Part shown: positions 26,727 to 37,614 of the stretch, in pieces
How the letters are laid out: every line of letters starts with the position of its first letter
Numbering within the stretch: position 1 is the first letter of the stretch
Assembly (NCBI GenBank): GCA_034432955.1
Contig: DAOUBB010000009.1
Location: 24,347-88,346 of the forward strand
Reading direction: 5' to 3'
Origin: Anaerolineae bacterium
GTDB taxonomy: Bacteria; Chloroflexota; Anaerolineae; DUEN01
Length of the DNA: 64,000 nt
Notes under the pieces: model-generated
What the model was told of the DNA's origin: nothing
Seen by the model: only the letters and a program-made list of their open reading frames with translations
The model's database searches: none
Position numbers and translations under genes: made by a program

Positions 26727-27566
26727 TTATGCCTGGGAGTGCGCCGCTTTCTCGACGCGAGGGCCAGACCAACGGAGGCCAGCAAAGATTGCGATGAAGT
26801 AAGCCAGATACGCTAAAACCTCGGTCAGGGAAGGATTGCCGTTGTAACCGAAAAGCGCCTTGAGCATTTCGCCCGGCAGGGAGTTTTCGTCCAAGATAGG
26901 ATTCAGATCCCACACGTGTTCGATAATCGGGGGAATCCACCCTACCTCGTTAAACTCATGGATACTATGCGCTACTAGCCCGGCGGCAAATAGGATCAGT
27001 AAAGCGCCAGTGACCTGGAAAAAGCGACGCAGGTCGAGGCGGACCGTTGTGGCAAAAAGTGACCAGGCAAGCAAAACCGCCGTTCCCAGCCCGAGCAGCC
27101 CGCCTAGCAGCGTCTGTTGGGCAGTAGTGGTAAAGGTAGCAGCGGTCAAGAAGAGAGCTAGTTCAAGGCCCTCTCGCAGGACGGCTAGAAAGGCCAGGGC
27201 AAAAAGACCGCGCTTGCCAGTCTGCAGAGTCGCCCGACGGACATCTGCTTCCAACTGGCGCTTGATGTAACGTGCATGACGGCTCATCCAGAAGATCATC
27301 CAGGTCAGCACGCTTGCCGCTAAAAGCATGGTAACGCCTTCAAAGATCTGTTCAGCCATGCCCTCCAGACTCAGGCCAAAGAGGGTGAGTAGAACGCCCA
27401 CTACGATGCTCAGCAACATGGCGCTGCCAGTCCCCAACCAAAGAGCAGGCGAGAGATCGGCACGGCCTATTTGGCGCAATGCACCTAGTGCGATGCCTAT
27501 AATCAAGGCAGCCTCCAGGCCTTCGCGAAGAGAAAGCATGTAACTTGAGAGCATAGACACCTCCAC
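26727..27566 (-). CDS. FTR1/EfeU-family high-affinity iron permease
   Basis: Two REGLE motifs (LREGLEAALI, LREGLELALF) in a polytopic membrane protein. Confidence 0.8.
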   Translation of the reverse strand: MEVSMLSSYMLSLREGLEAALIIGIALGALRQIGRADLSPALWLGTGSAMLLSIVVGVLLTLFGLSLEGMAEQIFEGVTMLLAASVLTWMIFWMSRHARYIKRQLEADVRRATLQTGKRGLFALAFLAVLREGLELALFLTAATFTTTAQQTLLGGLLGLGTAVLLAWSLFATTVRLDLRRFFQVTGALLILFAAGLVAHSIHEFNEVGWIPPIIEHVWDLNPILDENSLPGEMLKALFGYNGNPSLTEVLAYLAYFIAIFAGLRWSGPRVEKAAHSQA

Positions 27567-27775
27567 AGGATTAGGGTAACTGGAATGCTAGACCCGGACT
27601 TTCACAACCCCGAGTAGCTTGCCAATCCTTTGCTTAACGCTATTGCGATTCATTCGCATCTGTGTTATACTGAAGATAGGATTCATACGTCAAGTCCTTG
27701 TGTTGAATTTCACGTTGATCAAGGCGGAAACCGTGTTTTCAACTCGGGTCAAATGGTGACGAGAGCGGTCTTTTC

Positions 27776-28438
27776 GTGATGATCATAAGCCCTGCTATGC
27801 AGCGATATGCTGCTGAAATCTACCGTCTTCAAGAGAACGACACCTACGTCGCGCTCTCTCTGCTGGCCGAACAGGTGGATACCTCCTTGCAAGCGGCGTC
27901 TCGCATGATCCGGCGGCTGAAAGAGGCCGATTTGATCGTTCATGAGCCGTACCAGGGGGTACGGCTTACCCCCAGAGGCGAACGCGTCGCCCTCTTGGGT
28001 GTGCGACGGCATCGCTTGATCGAGGTTTTCCTTGTGCAGATCATGCGCTTTGGCTGGGACGAGGTACACGACATGGTCGATCAACTAGAGCCTGGCGTCA
28101 ATCAGGTGCTGGAGGATCGCATGGACGAGCTGACCGGCCACCCCACTCGCTGCCCTCACGGGGAGCCCATCCCCACCCGTGAGGGAGTGATGCCGCGCCT
28201 GAACGACGTGAGCCTGATCACGCTCTCACCTGGGGCGATGGGAAGGATCAGCCGCGTGCGCACCCACGATCCGGACAAATTGCGCTACTTGAAAGAGCTG
28301 GGGCTGGTACCGGGGGTCGGTTTCTGCCTGCTCAACCAGGCGCCATTTAACGGCCCACTGCGCCTGCGCGTGGGCGCTCAGGAGCTCGTGTTGGGGCGCG
28401 AGCTGGCGGCCAGGCTGTGGGTCGAGCTCCAGGGCTGA
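27776..28438 (+). CDS. DtxR/IdeR/MntR-family metal-dependent repressor with C-terminal FeoA-like domain
   Basis: N-terminal HTH and metal-binding helix pattern; divergent from the FTR1 permease. Confidence 0.8.
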   Translation: MMIISPAMQRYAAEIYRLQENDTYVALSLLAEQVDTSLQAASRMIRRLKEADLIVHEPYQGVRLTPRGERVALLGVRRHRLIEVFLVQIMRFGWDEVHDMVDQLEPGVNQVLEDRMDELTGHPTRCPHGEPIPTREGVMPRLNDVSLITLSPGAMGRISRVRTHDPDKLRYLKELGLVPGVGFCLLNQAPFNGPLRLRVGAQELVLGRELAARLWVELQG

Positions 28439-28445
28439 CGGTCAC

Positions 28446-29463
28446 CGTGACACGACATCGTGTGTTGTATCTCTGCCCGCTGGCGGATGTGCACCTAGAG
28501 CTACGACGCCAGGCAGCGCCAGCCGAGATCGAGCCGATCCTGCGCCACGATCTGCCCAAGGCCGAGCTCATCAAGCTTTTGCCGTCGGTGGAGTGCCTGG
28601 TCAGCGAACGGGCAGCCGAGATTGACCGCGAGGTCATCGCGGCAGGCCGACATCTCAAGCTGATCCAACGCATCGGCTCGTTGACCCACGACATTGACGT
28701 GGAGGCGGCGCGGGAGTTTGGCGTGCCTGTGGCCTATTGGCCCCTGCGATCGAGCGTTTTCGTCGCCGAGCATTTGCTGATGCTGATGCTGGCGCTGCTC
28801 AAGCGGGCACGACAGTTGCACGCGATCACGACCAGCCGACAACGGTGGGACCGCGAGCCGCGGCGGACCGATGCCAACACGTTCGCTTACAACTGGTCGG
28901 GGCAAACGGAGATCTACGGGCTGTGGCGGGCGACGGTTGGCATCTTAGGCATGGGAGAGATCGGCGCGGAGCTGGCGCGGCGGCTACAGGGCTTTGAGAC
29001 GCGCACATTGTACTACAAGCGCCGTCGCCTGCCGCCTGCGGTCGAGCAGAAGCTGGGCATTTGCTACGCCGCGCCAGAGGAGCTGATCGCGCAGAGCGAC
29101 GTGCTGGTCAGCTTGCTCCCGTATTCGCCGGAGACGGTTCACTATCTCAACGCCGATCGGCTGGCGTGGATGAAGCCGACCGCGATCCTGGTGCATGGCG
29201 GGTCGGGAGGCGTAGTGGATGAGCAGGCACTGGCGCAAGCGCTCTCCGCCGGCCGAATTTTCGGCGCTGCGCTCGACACGTACGAGTGGGAACCAATCCC
29301 TTCCGATCATCCACTCCTGAACTTGCCCGGCGAGGTCAACTTGCTCTTGACGCCTCACCTCGCGGCTGGCGACCCCGCGAGGTACCGCGCGGAGCTCGCG
29401 GGCTACTACGAAAACTGCCTGCGCGCGCTGGCCGACGAGCCGATTCTCTACCGCGTTTGTTGA
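28446..29463 (+). CDS. D-isomer-specific 2-hydroxyacid dehydrogenase family protein
   Basis: NAD-binding GILGMGEIG, catalytic region; GTG start at 28446 assumed after dtxR stop. Confidence 0.7.
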
Positions 29464-29500
29464 CGATGGACGAAGGGTGTTTCGTCCGTCATCCGTCTTC
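29462..29500. repeat. GACGATGGACGAAGG hairpin (same repeat family) between convergent genes; likely bidirectional terminator
   Basis: GACGATGGACGAAGGGTGTTTCGTCCGTCATCCGTC shares GACGATrGACGAAGG with 14841-14856 and 32667-32681. Confidence 0.45.
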
Positions 29501-29504
29501 CCCT

Positions 29505-30425
29505 TCAAAGCCCCTCGAAGAGATCGGACAGGCGATGGCCGCGATCCAATGGCGGCCACGCCTGGGCGAAGTACTCGTAGCTCATCATCTGCCTGATCTC
29601 GTCCTCAGGCAGGAGGCGGAACAGGTGATCCGGGCCAAACTGGGTGCGATGGCAATGGAATGCCGCCCACTTGGCCTCGAAGACGGCTCCTATGTCCAGG
29701 GCCACGTGGATCTCCTCGTCAGGCCAGCCGAGGCTGTCCGCTTCAAACCGATCGAGAAAGCTCGTATCCCTCCCCAACGCGATGAGCCGATCGCGCAACC
29801 TCACGAAAAACGATCGAGGGATGCTGGTGTAGAACAGGCGAGATGGCTGCCATGCGGCTCCCTGCTCCGGGTAACGGGCCGGATCCGCGGCGGCATGAAA
29901 GGCGGCCACCGTGTGGCGGTGAATGGCAATGTGATCCGGATGTCCGTAACCGCCGTTGGGCTCAAACGTGACGACCACCTGTGGACGCAGGCGGCGGATG
30001 ACGCCCACGAGTTGGCTAACCACCTCGTCCGCTGGCGCGTTGACGAGGGCACGCGGATGGCGGTTATCGGGCGAGCCGGCCATGCCGGAATCGCGATAAT
30101 CCAGGATGATCAGATCTGTCAGGCCCAGCGTCTCCGCCGCGCAGCGCAGCTCGGCTTCACGCACGCGGCCGAGCGTCTCCGGCGTGGCCAGGCTGGGATC
30201 GGCGACCTCCCCCGCCTCGCCTCGTGTGGCGCAAACCAGCGCCACGCGCACCCCCTCGGCTGCGTAGCGGGCCAACATGCCTCCCGTGCCAAAGGACTCA
30301 TCGTCCGGATGCGCATAGACGGCCAATAAGGTCCGTAATCCTGCGGTCTTGATCCCAGCGCCTGCCACTTTTCGCCTCGTAAGCGTTCCTGTGTGCGAAT
30401 AGGCATCGCAAGGCCGAACATCCAA
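29505..30425 (-). CDS. PIG-L/LmbE-family N-acetylglucosaminyl deacetylase
   Basis: AHPDDES zinc-binding motif near N-terminus, HPDH downstream. Confidence 0.8.
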   Translation of the reverse strand: MDVRPCDAYSHTGTLTRRKVAGAGIKTAGLRTLLAVYAHPDDESFGTGGMLARYAAEGVRVALVCATRGEAGEVADPSLATPETLGRVREAELRCAAETLGLTDLIILDYRDSGMAGSPDNRHPRALVNAPADEVVSQLVGVIRRLRPQVVVTFEPNGGYGHPDHIAIHRHTVAAFHAAADPARYPEQGAAWQPSRLFYTSIPRSFFVRLRDRLIALGRDTSFLDRFEADSLGWPDEEIHVALDIGAVFEAKWAAFHCHRTQFGPDHLFRLLPEDEIRQMMSYEYFAQAWPPLDRGHRLSDLFEGL

Positions 30426-30636
30426 TTTGTGTACGTACCTTCCAGATGATCATAGGCTCAAGGCCAGCCGTACGGTGTGCCTGCGCTTACAAATGGACGG
30501 GGTATGCCACCATTCGCCAAGCCTCAGCTCACTTCAAGCGCCGCACGGATCGGCATGCGATGCGATTGCTCCCGCTCACAAGTGATGGTAGAATGTCTCG
30601 CGGTCGCCTCCGTAAATCTATCCAAGGTGAATAGAG

Positions 30637-31167
30637 ATGGACCAATTGTGGACGCCCTGGCGTATGCCCTATCTCAAAGGCCCCAAACCTGAGGAGTGCA
30701 TTTTCTGTCAGAAGGTGCAGGCTGCGAATGACCAGGCTGTTCATGTGCTCATGCGTGGCCGGCACGGCTTCGTTACGCTCAACCTGTATCCGTATAACAA
30801 CGGCCATCTGCTGGTAGTGCCCTATGCCCATGTGCCCAGCCTGGAAGACCTTCCTCCTGAGACGCTGGCCGACCTGATGACGCTGGTGAACCGCAGCCTG
30901 ACCGTTTTACGCGCCGCCCTGCAACCACACGGCTTCAACCTGGGTGTTAACATCGGCCAGGTCGCCGGGGCCGGCGTCAGCGATCACGTGCACATCCACG
31001 TCGTGCCGCGCTGGCAGGCTGACACGAACTTCATGTCCATCGTCGCCGCGACGCGCGTCATCCCGGAGTGGATTGACGACACGTATGAACGCCTGGTTGA
31101 GGCACAAAGCAGACTGGTGGCAGAAGGCCGACTGCCGCCTTTGGATTCTCAAGCAGCGACACCGTAA
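30637..31167 (+). CDS. HIT-family (histidine triad) protein
   Basis: HVHIHVVPR histidine-triad motif. Confidence 0.85.
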   Translation: MDQLWTPWRMPYLKGPKPEECIFCQKVQAANDQAVHVLMRGRHGFVTLNLYPYNNGHLLVVPYAHVPSLEDLPPETLADLMTLVNRSLTVLRAALQPHGFNLGVNIGQVAGAGVSDHVHIHVVPRWQADTNFMSIVAATRVIPEWIDDTYERLVEAQSRLVAEGRLPPLDSQAATP

Positions 31168-31242
31168 TCGGCATGGTCCTGGCCTCTGAGCACAACCTGG
31201 AAGCTCAAGTTCGCCGTAACTCTTAGTCGGTGTGTCGGTTAT

Positions 31243-31836
31243 ATGAGCATAGAGCATCCAAAAAATCCAAAGAATTCCGCCCAGGCCCCGCGCCGACGCG
31301 ACCGGCTGCAGATCCACCCCAGCGACGGGCCCTGGAACTCGCTACAGTACATCTGGCGGCATGTGAACCCCTTACGGGTTGTGAGGAATTTCCTGATCAT
31401 CTATAGCTGCCGCTTTATCCCCTGGCTGGGGTTGAAGAACCGGCTGTACCGCCTGACCGGGATGCGGGTGGGCGACCACGTCTCGTTCGCTTTGATGGCG
31501 ATGGTGGACGTGTTTTTCCCGGAGGAGATCTCCATCGGCGATAATACGATCATCGGCTACAACACCACCATCCTGGGGCACGAATACCTGCTCAACGAAT
31601 GGCGGCGCGGCCCCGTCGTCATCGGCAGCCATGTCACCATCGGCGCCAACTGCACGATCCTGCCGGGTGTGGTCATCGGAGATGGGGCGGTGATCTCGGC
31701 GATGAGCCTGGTCAACAAGGATGTGCCGCCGGGGGCCCGCGTGGGCGGCGTGCCGATCCGGCCCCTGGACGAGGCCTGGGCATCGCCTGCTGAGGGAGAG
31801 GAGAGATGCGCAGCGCAATCCAAGTCGAATGGCTAA
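31243..31836 (+). CDS. Hexapeptide-repeat (left-handed beta-helix) acyltransferase
   Basis: Tandem [LIV]G-x4 hexapeptide repeats (IGDNTIIGYNTTILG ... IGSHVTIGANCTILPGVVIGDGAVIS). Confidence 0.7.
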   Translation: MSIEHPKNPKNSAQAPRRRDRLQIHPSDGPWNSLQYIWRHVNPLRVVRNFLIIYSCRFIPWLGLKNRLYRLTGMRVGDHVSFALMAMVDVFFPEEISIGDNTIIGYNTTILGHEYLLNEWRRGPVVIGSHVTIGANCTILPGVVIGDGAVISAMSLVNKDVPPGARVGGVPIRPLDEAWASPAEGEERCAAQSKSNG

Positions 31837-32660
31837 TCCGTTTCCTGCACGGGTTACTTCGCCGTTCATGGATCCTGGCGGCTGTGCTCGTTGTGGACAT
31901 GCTCGGCTTTGTATGGGGGATCCTTTACTGGTACGGCCGACAGCTTCCCGGCTCGCCGATCTGGAGCTGGCCTTTCGTCCCGGACTGCCCGCTGTTCGGG
32001 TTGGTGGGCGGGCTGGCGTTGCTGCTGGTGGTGGCTCAAGAGTGGACGCCCTCGGCGCGACGTGCAGGGCATTCCGTGCTGACAGCGATCGGGCTCGCCT
32101 CGCTGCTGGTGATCGGCGCGGCCTACGCGGCCGGCGGCCGTGCCGCGGCGCAGGGATGGGCCCGCTGGGCAGCTACCTACGACAGCATGTGGGGCTTGCT
32201 GGCGATGCTCTGCCTCATCACCGCGGCAGCCTGGGATCGCGTGCCCAACTGGGTTCTGAGCATCGCCGCGATGGGGCAGCTCAAGTACGGCTTGTGGACC
32301 GTCTTCGCCTGGCTTGTGTTTTGGTGGAACACGCGTGGCCTCTTCACGTTCGAAAGCGTGTTCCTGACAGTCACCCACATCGCCATGATGATCCAGGGGT
32401 TGACGCTGTTCACCTACTATCAGCCGTCGCACCGCGGTGCGCTGGCAGCCGGCGGCTGGTTCCTGCTCAGCGACTTTGTGGATTACGGCCTAGGTCACCA
32501 CCCGCGGCTGCCCAGGCAGGTGCCCGTGAGCCTCATGCAATGGCACACGATCCTCGTCACGTTTGTGTTGACAGGCGTCTTCTGGTGGCTGTCGCGAAAG
32601 CAGGGCTGGCTTCGCCTCCCGTCCCCGCGGCCCGCCATCAGGACATCGCGCACGACATAA
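31806..32660 (+). CDS. DUF1405-like polytopic membrane protein
   Basis: 284 aa, 7-8 TM, Trp-rich loops; 31-nt overlap with the upstream gene suggests the true start may be an internal Met (about 31899). Confidence 0.5.
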   Translation: MRSAIQVEWLIRFLHGLLRRSWILAAVLVVDMLGFVWGILYWYGRQLPGSPIWSWPFVPDCPLFGLVGGLALLLVVAQEWTPSARRAGHSVLTAIGLASLLVIGAAYAAGGRAAAQGWARWAATYDSMWGLLAMLCLITAAAWDRVPNWVLSIAAMGQLKYGLWTVFAWLVFWWNTRGLFTFESVFLTVTHIAMMIQGLTLFTYYQPSHRGALAAGGWFLLSDFVDYGLGHHPRLPRQVPVSLMQWHTILVTFVLTGVFWWLSRKQGWLRLPSPRPAIRTSRTT

Positions 32661-32696
32661 AGACGGACGACGATAGACGAAGGAGGAGTACACAGC

Positions 32697-34247
32697 TTGA
32701 GCGTCAACGGCAGAGTGCGGCAACTGCGTGAGTTGAAGGCCCAGGCCAAGCTGGGAGGCGGCCCGCAGCGCATTGAACAACAACACAGCAAAGGCAAGCT
32801 GACGGCCCGCGAGCGCCTGGAGCTCTTGCTCGACAAGGGGAGTTTTCGGGAGATAGACCCCTTCGTCACCCATCGCTGTCACGACTTCGGGCTGGACCAG
32901 CAGCGCTATCTGGGCGACGGGGTGGTCACCGGCTACGGCACCATAGACGGCCGCCTGGTTTTCGTCTACGCGGACGACTTCACGGTGTTCGGCGGCTCTC
33001 TTTCAGAGGCCCACGCTGAAAAGATTTGCAAGATCATGGACATGGCCATGAAAAACGGCGCCCCCCTCATCGGCCTGAACGATTCCGGCGGCGCTCGGAT
33101 CCAGGAGGGGGTAGTATCCTTGGCCGGCTACGCGGCGGTCTTCCTGCGCAACACCCTTGCCTCCGGCGTGATCCCTCAGATCAGCGTCATCATGGGGCCG
33201 TGCGCCGGCGGCGCGGTCTACTCGCCGGCCCTCATGGACTTCATCATCATGGTCAAAGGTACCAGCTACATGTTCGTCACCGGCCCGGAAGTGGTGAAGG
33301 CGGTGACGCACGAGGAGGTCTCGTTCGAGGAGCTGGGCGGCGCGCTGGTTCACGCCAGCACCAGCGGCGTGGCCCACTTCATCGCCGACAGCGAAGAGGA
33401 TGCCCTCTTCCTGACGCAAAAGCTGCTCAGCTTTCTGCCGCAGAACAACCTGGAAGACCCGCCTTATGTGCCGCCCACGGACGACCCGTTGCGCATGGAC
33501 GAGGCGTTGGACACCATCATCCCGGACGAGCCGAACCGCGCCTACGATATGAAGGAGGTCATCCGCCGCATCGTAGACGACGGTTACCTGCTGGAGGTCC
33601 ACGAGCACTTTGCCCAGAACATCATCGTGGGCTTCGCCCGGTTGGGGGGCCATCCGGTGGGGATCGTCGCGCAGCAGCCGACCGTGCTGGCCGGCGTCCT
33701 GGACATTGATGCCAGCGTCAAAGCCGCCCGTTTCGTGCGCTTTTGCGACTGCTTCAACATCCCGATCGTCACGTTCGAGGATGTGCCTGGGTTCATGCCG
33801 GGGATCGCCCAGGAACACGGCGGCATCATCCGCCACGGGGCCAAGCTGCTGTTCGCCTACGCGGAGGCTACGGTGCCCAAGCTGACGGTGATCACGCGCA
33901 AGTCCTATGGCGGAGCCTACTGCGTTATGTCGCCCAAGGCGTTGCGAGGCGACGTGAACCTGGCCTGGCCCACGGCTGAGATCGCCGTTATGGGGCCGGA
34001 GGCGGCCGTCAACATTATCTTCAAGCGGGAGATCGCGGCCGCGCCGGACCCGGAGGCCGAGCGAGCCCGTCTGGTGGCCGAGTACCGCGCCAAGTTCGCC
34101 AACCCGTACGTGGCGGCGGCGCGCGGCTATCTGGATGACGTGATCGAGCCGCGGGAGACGCGGCCGCGGCTCATCAACGCCCTGGAGATGCTGCGCAACA
34201 AGCGGGATACGAACCCGCCCAAAAAGCATGGAAACATCCCGCTATGA
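32697..34247 (+). CDS. pccB: Acyl-CoA carboxylase carboxyltransferase subunit (propionyl-CoA carboxylase beta chain-like)
   Basis: 516 aa with both carboxyltransferase halves; TTG start 8 nt after the AAGGAGG contributed by a GACGAAGG repeat copy. Confidence 0.9.
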   Translation: MSVNGRVRQLRELKAQAKLGGGPQRIEQQHSKGKLTARERLELLLDKGSFREIDPFVTHRCHDFGLDQQRYLGDGVVTGYGTIDGRLVFVYADDFTVFGGSLSEAHAEKICKIMDMAMKNGAPLIGLNDSGGARIQEGVVSLAGYAAVFLRNTLASGVIPQISVIMGPCAGGAVYSPALMDFIIMVKGTSYMFVTGPEVVKAVTHEEVSFEELGGALVHASTSGVAHFIADSEEDALFLTQKLLSFLPQNNLEDPPYVPPTDDPLRMDEALDTIIPDEPNRAYDMKEVIRRIVDDGYLLEVHEHFAQNIIVGFARLGGHPVGIVAQQPTVLAGVLDIDASVKAARFVRFCDCFNIPIVTFEDVPGFMPGIAQEHGGIIRHGAKLLFAYAEATVPKLTVITRKSYGGAYCVMSPKALRGDVNLAWPTAEIAVMGPEAAVNIIFKREIAAAPDPEAERARLVAEYRAKFANPYVAAARGYLDDVIEPRETRPRLINALEMLRNKRDTNPPKKHGNIPL

Positions 34248-34310
34248 AGCGACAAGGACCGGGGCGATTCGCCGATTCGCGGATGGGTTGATTCGCTAAC
34301 CAGGTGCCTT

Positions 34311-35816
34311 ATGTTCCGAAAAGTGCTGATCGCCAATCGCGGCGAGATCGCTGTACGGATCATCCGGGCCTGTGAGGAACGCGGCCTGTACACCATCGCC
34401 GTGTATTCGGACGCGGACCGCCAGGCGATGCATGTGCGGCGCGCCAACGAAGCGCACTACATCGGCCCGGCCCCGGCCCGCGAGAGTTACCTGCGCATGG
34501 ACCGCATCCTCGAAGTGGCCCGCCGCTCCGGCGCCGAGGCCATTCACCCCGGCTACGGCTTTCTGGCCGAGAACGCGGCCTTCGCACAGGCCTGTGCCGA
34601 CGCGGGGGTAATCTTTGTCGGCCCGCCATCCGACGCCATCGCCGCCATGGGCGATAAGGTGGCCGCGCGCAAACGCATGAAGGCGGCCGGCGTCCCAGTC
34701 GTCCCCGGCACCGAGGAAGGGCTGACGGATGAGCAGGCGATGGAGGCCGCCCGCGAGCTGGGCTACCCGGTGATGGTGAAGGCGGCGGCTGGCGGCGGCG
34801 GCAAGGGCATGCGCCTGGTCCGCTGCCCGGAGGAGTTACCCGCGGCCCTGGGCGCGGCCCGACGCGAGGCGATGGCTTCCTTCGGGGATGACCGCATTTA
34901 CCTGGAGAAGGTGATCGAGGGCGCGCGCCACATCGAGGTGCAGATCCTCGCCGACGCGCATGGCAACGTGATCCACCTGGGCGAGCGTGAGTGCTCGATC
35001 CAGCGCCGTCATCAGAAGCTGATCGAAGAGGCCCCTTCGCCGGCTGTGGATGCGGAACTGCGCCAGCGCATGGGCGAGGTAGCCATCCAGGCGGCGCGGG
35101 CGGTGGGCTACGTCAACGCTGGGACCATCGAGTTTCTGTTAGATCGCGAGGGCAATTTCTACTTCCTCGAGATGAACACCCGCCTGCAGGTGGAACACCC
35201 GGTCACCGAGATGGTCACCGGCATAGACATCGTCAAGGAGCAGTTGGCCATTGCCTCGGGACGGCGCATGCGCTATCGGCAAGAGGACATCGTGCCCAAA
35301 GGGTGGGCCATTGAATGCCGGATCACGGCCGAGGACCCATACAACGGCTTCCTGCCGTCGAGCGGCCGCGTGACCTTCCTCCAGGAGCCAACGGGGCCCG
35401 GCGTGCGGGTGGAGAGCGGCATCTATGAAGGGTTCGAGGTCAGCTTCCACTATGACCCGATGATCGCCAAGCTGGTTGTGTGGGGGGAAACGCGGGCGGA
35501 GGCGATCCTGCGCATGCGGCGGGCGCTGCGCGAGTATCGTATCGGCGGCATCCGCACCTCCATCCCGTTCCACCAGAAGATCATGGATCACACCGAGTTT
35601 ATCTGGGGCACGTTCGACACGGAGTTCCTGGAGCGGCGGATGGGCGGAGGGCTGGCCCAGCGTCTGCAGATCGAGGAGTGGGAGGCCATCGCAGCCATCG
35701 CTGCGACGCTGGTGGCGCACGAGCGGGGCCGGCGTACCGTCGTGATGGGGCGCGCCTCGAACAGGGCCGTCTCCCCCTGGAAGCAGATGGCTCGCATCGA
35801 GGCAGTGCGTTTATAA
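34311..35816 (+). CDS. accC: Biotin carboxylase subunit of acyl-CoA carboxylase
   Basis: MFRKVLIANRGEIAVRIIRAC, ATP-grasp, GGGGKGMR. Confidence 0.95.
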   Translation: MFRKVLIANRGEIAVRIIRACEERGLYTIAVYSDADRQAMHVRRANEAHYIGPAPARESYLRMDRILEVARRSGAEAIHPGYGFLAENAAFAQACADAGVIFVGPPSDAIAAMGDKVAARKRMKAAGVPVVPGTEEGLTDEQAMEAARELGYPVMVKAAAGGGGKGMRLVRCPEELPAALGAARREAMASFGDDRIYLEKVIEGARHIEVQILADAHGNVIHLGERECSIQRRHQKLIEEAPSPAVDAELRQRMGEVAIQAARAVGYVNAGTIEFLLDREGNFYFLEMNTRLQVEHPVTEMVTGIDIVKEQLAIASGRRMRYRQEDIVPKGWAIECRITAEDPYNGFLPSSGRVTFLQEPTGPGVRVESGIYEGFEVSFHYDPMIAKLVVWGETRAEAILRMRRALREYRIGGIRTSIPFHQKIMDHTEFIWGTFDTEFLERRMGGGLAQRLQIEEWEAIAAIAATLVAHERGRRTVVMGRASNRAVSPWKQMARIEAVRL

Positions 35817-35952
35817 CCGCTGTGCCAGGGCTTCACAACAGCAGGGGAGGTCTGGAGGGGCATTTCGCCCCTCCAGAAAGACCTTTTTTCAGGCTTTTAC
35901 CTGCCAATCTTGGCTTTCAGCCCTTCGGATGGGGCCAAGCACGGGCAGGTGA

Positions 35953-36468
35953 ATGGCGAAAGAGGTTAGCGTGAAGTATGTAGCTACGATCAACGGGCGC
36001 GAATTTGTCATCGTCGTTGAGGACGAGCATCACGTGGTCGTGAACGGGCAGGCGCTGGAAGTGGACATGCAGCGCATCGAGCCCTCCCAGCTATACTCGT
36101 TGCTGGTGAATTCCGCCTCTCACGAGGTGGTGGTCGAGGAGTCCGGTCACCTGTTCCGCGTCATGCTCAACGGTGAGCTCTTTGAGGTGCGCGTAGAGGA
36201 TGAACGGACACGCCGGCTGAGCCGAGCCGGTCATCAGTTACCCCCGCCCGTGGGCGAAGCTCACGTGAAAGCGCCTATCCCCGGCCTGCTCACGCGCGTC
36301 CTGGTCGAGCCGGGACAAGCCGTATCGGCCGGCCAGACGCTGGCCTTGCTGGAGGCCATGAAGATGGAAAACGAACTGCGCGCGCCGCGCCATGGCGTCG
36401 TCTCGCGGGTGGCCGTGCAGCCTGGCCAGCGCGTTGAGCAGGGCCAACTGCTCATCACCATCCACTAG
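35953..36468 (+). CDS. Biotin carboxyl carrier / biotinyl-domain protein
   Basis: C-terminal biotinyl domain with EAMKMEN biotinyl-lysine motif. Confidence 0.8.
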   Translation: MAKEVSVKYVATINGREFVIVVEDEHHVVVNGQALEVDMQRIEPSQLYSLLVNSASHEVVVEESGHLFRVMLNGELFEVRVEDERTRRLSRAGHQLPPPVGEAHVKAPIPGLLTRVLVEPGQAVSAGQTLALLEAMKMENELRAPRHGVVSRVAVQPGQRVEQGQLLITIH

Positions 36469-36580
36469 ACGGCCGAAACCTTTCCGGGCTGCTGCCCCTC
36501 GAAAAGAAGTGCCGAGCTACCCGAGTTTTGCGGCACCGCAAAAACCCCTCGCCCTTGTGGAGGAAATGTAGCCCCCCCTG

Positions 36581-36609
36581 CTTCTCCCTAGGGTAGATGT
36601 TGGTATAAT
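36581..36609 (+). promoter_or_regulatory. Extended -10 promoter (TGGTATAAT) upstream of moxR
   Basis: TGGTATAAT at 36601-36609, about 35 nt before the moxR ATG; -35 weak (TTCTCC). Confidence 0.4.
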
Positions 36610-36642
36610 AACACCGGCATTTCCCAAGGAGCAGAGAAGCCA

Positions 36643-37596
36643 ATGAATCTAGTGCAGAATGTCGCCGAGCGCGTCATCGCCAACGTCGAGAAAGTCATCA
36701 TCGGCAAGCGAAACGAAATCCAGTTGATCCTCTTCGCCTTGTTGAGTGAAGGCCATGTCTTGATCGAGGACGTGCCGGGCGTGGGCAAAACCATGCTTGC
36801 CCGCGCGATCGCCAAGTCCATCGGGTGCACCTTCCGACGCATCCAGTTCACCCCTGACATGCTGCCCAGCGATGTCACCGGCGTCTCGGTGTACAACCAG
36901 AAGACGGGCGAGTTCGAGTTTCGGCCAGGGCCGGTTCTAGCCCAGATCGTGCTGACGGATGAGATCAACCGGGCCACCCCCAAAACCCAGTCGGCGTTGC
37001 TGGAGGCGATGGAAGAGCGTCAGATCACCGTAGACGGCGTCACGTACCCGATGGCCCGTCCCTTCATGGTGCTGGCGACGCAGAACCCCATCGAGTACGA
37101 AGGGACCTTCCCGCTTCCCGAAGCCCAGGTGGACCGTTTCATGATGCGCATCAGCCTCGGCTATCCCACCCCCAAGGACGAGATGGCCATGCTCGACCTG
37201 CAACGCGAGATCCACCCCATCGAGACCATCGGGCAGGTGATCGAGGGGGAGGAGCTGCTGGCGGCACAGGAAGCGGTGAAGCAGGTGTACGTGGACGATC
37301 TGGTCAAAGAGTACATCGTTGCCCTGGTCACGGCTACCCGCCGCCATCCCGACGTGTACCTGGGTGCCTCGCCGCGCGCTTCGCTGGCATTGTACAAGAC
37401 GAGCCGGGCGCGCGCGGCCGTGTTGGGACGTGATTACGTGATCCCGGACGACGTGAAGGCACTGGCTGTGCCCACCCTGGTGCATCGCCTCATCATCAGC
37501 CCTTCCGCGCGCATCAAAAACGTGGACCCGCGCGCCGTGGTGGAGGAGACGCTGAATTCGGTGCCCGTGCCGGGCGCGCGAGCCCGGGCGCGTTAA
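36643..37596 (+). CDS. MoxR-family AAA+ ATPase
   Basis: Walker A DVPGVGKT, Walker [23 protein letters not shown], MoxR C-terminal region. Confidence 0.9.
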   Translation: MNLVQNVAERVIANVEKVIIGKRNEIQLILFALLSEGHVLIEDVPGVGKTMLARAIAKSIGCTFRRIQFTPDMLPSDVTGVSVYNQKTGEFEFRPGPVLAQIVLTDEINRATPKTQSALLEAMEERQITVDGVTYPMARPFMVLATQNPIEYEGTFPLPEAQVDRFMMRISLGYPTPKDEMAMLDLQREIHPIETIGQVIEGEELLAAQEAVKQVYVDDLVKEYIVALVTATRRHPDVYLGASPRASLALYKTSRARAAVLGRDYVIPDDVKALAVPTLVHRLIISPSARIKNVDPRAVVEETLNSVPVPGARARAR

Positions 37597-37614
37597 TCCA
37601 TGCCGAGGTGAATC

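Noticed and set aside
33003-34229. 408-aa minus-strand ORF
   Set aside because: Antisense to pccB.
36523-36548. TTTTGCGGCACCGCAAAA hairpin after the BCCP gene as a rho-independent terminator
   Set aside because: The stem is AT-closed and followed by AAAAACCCC rather than a U-run on the + strand. It may still be a weak terminator, but support is insufficient; the CCGCAAAACCCC block recurs at 39195, so it may be a repeat remnant.
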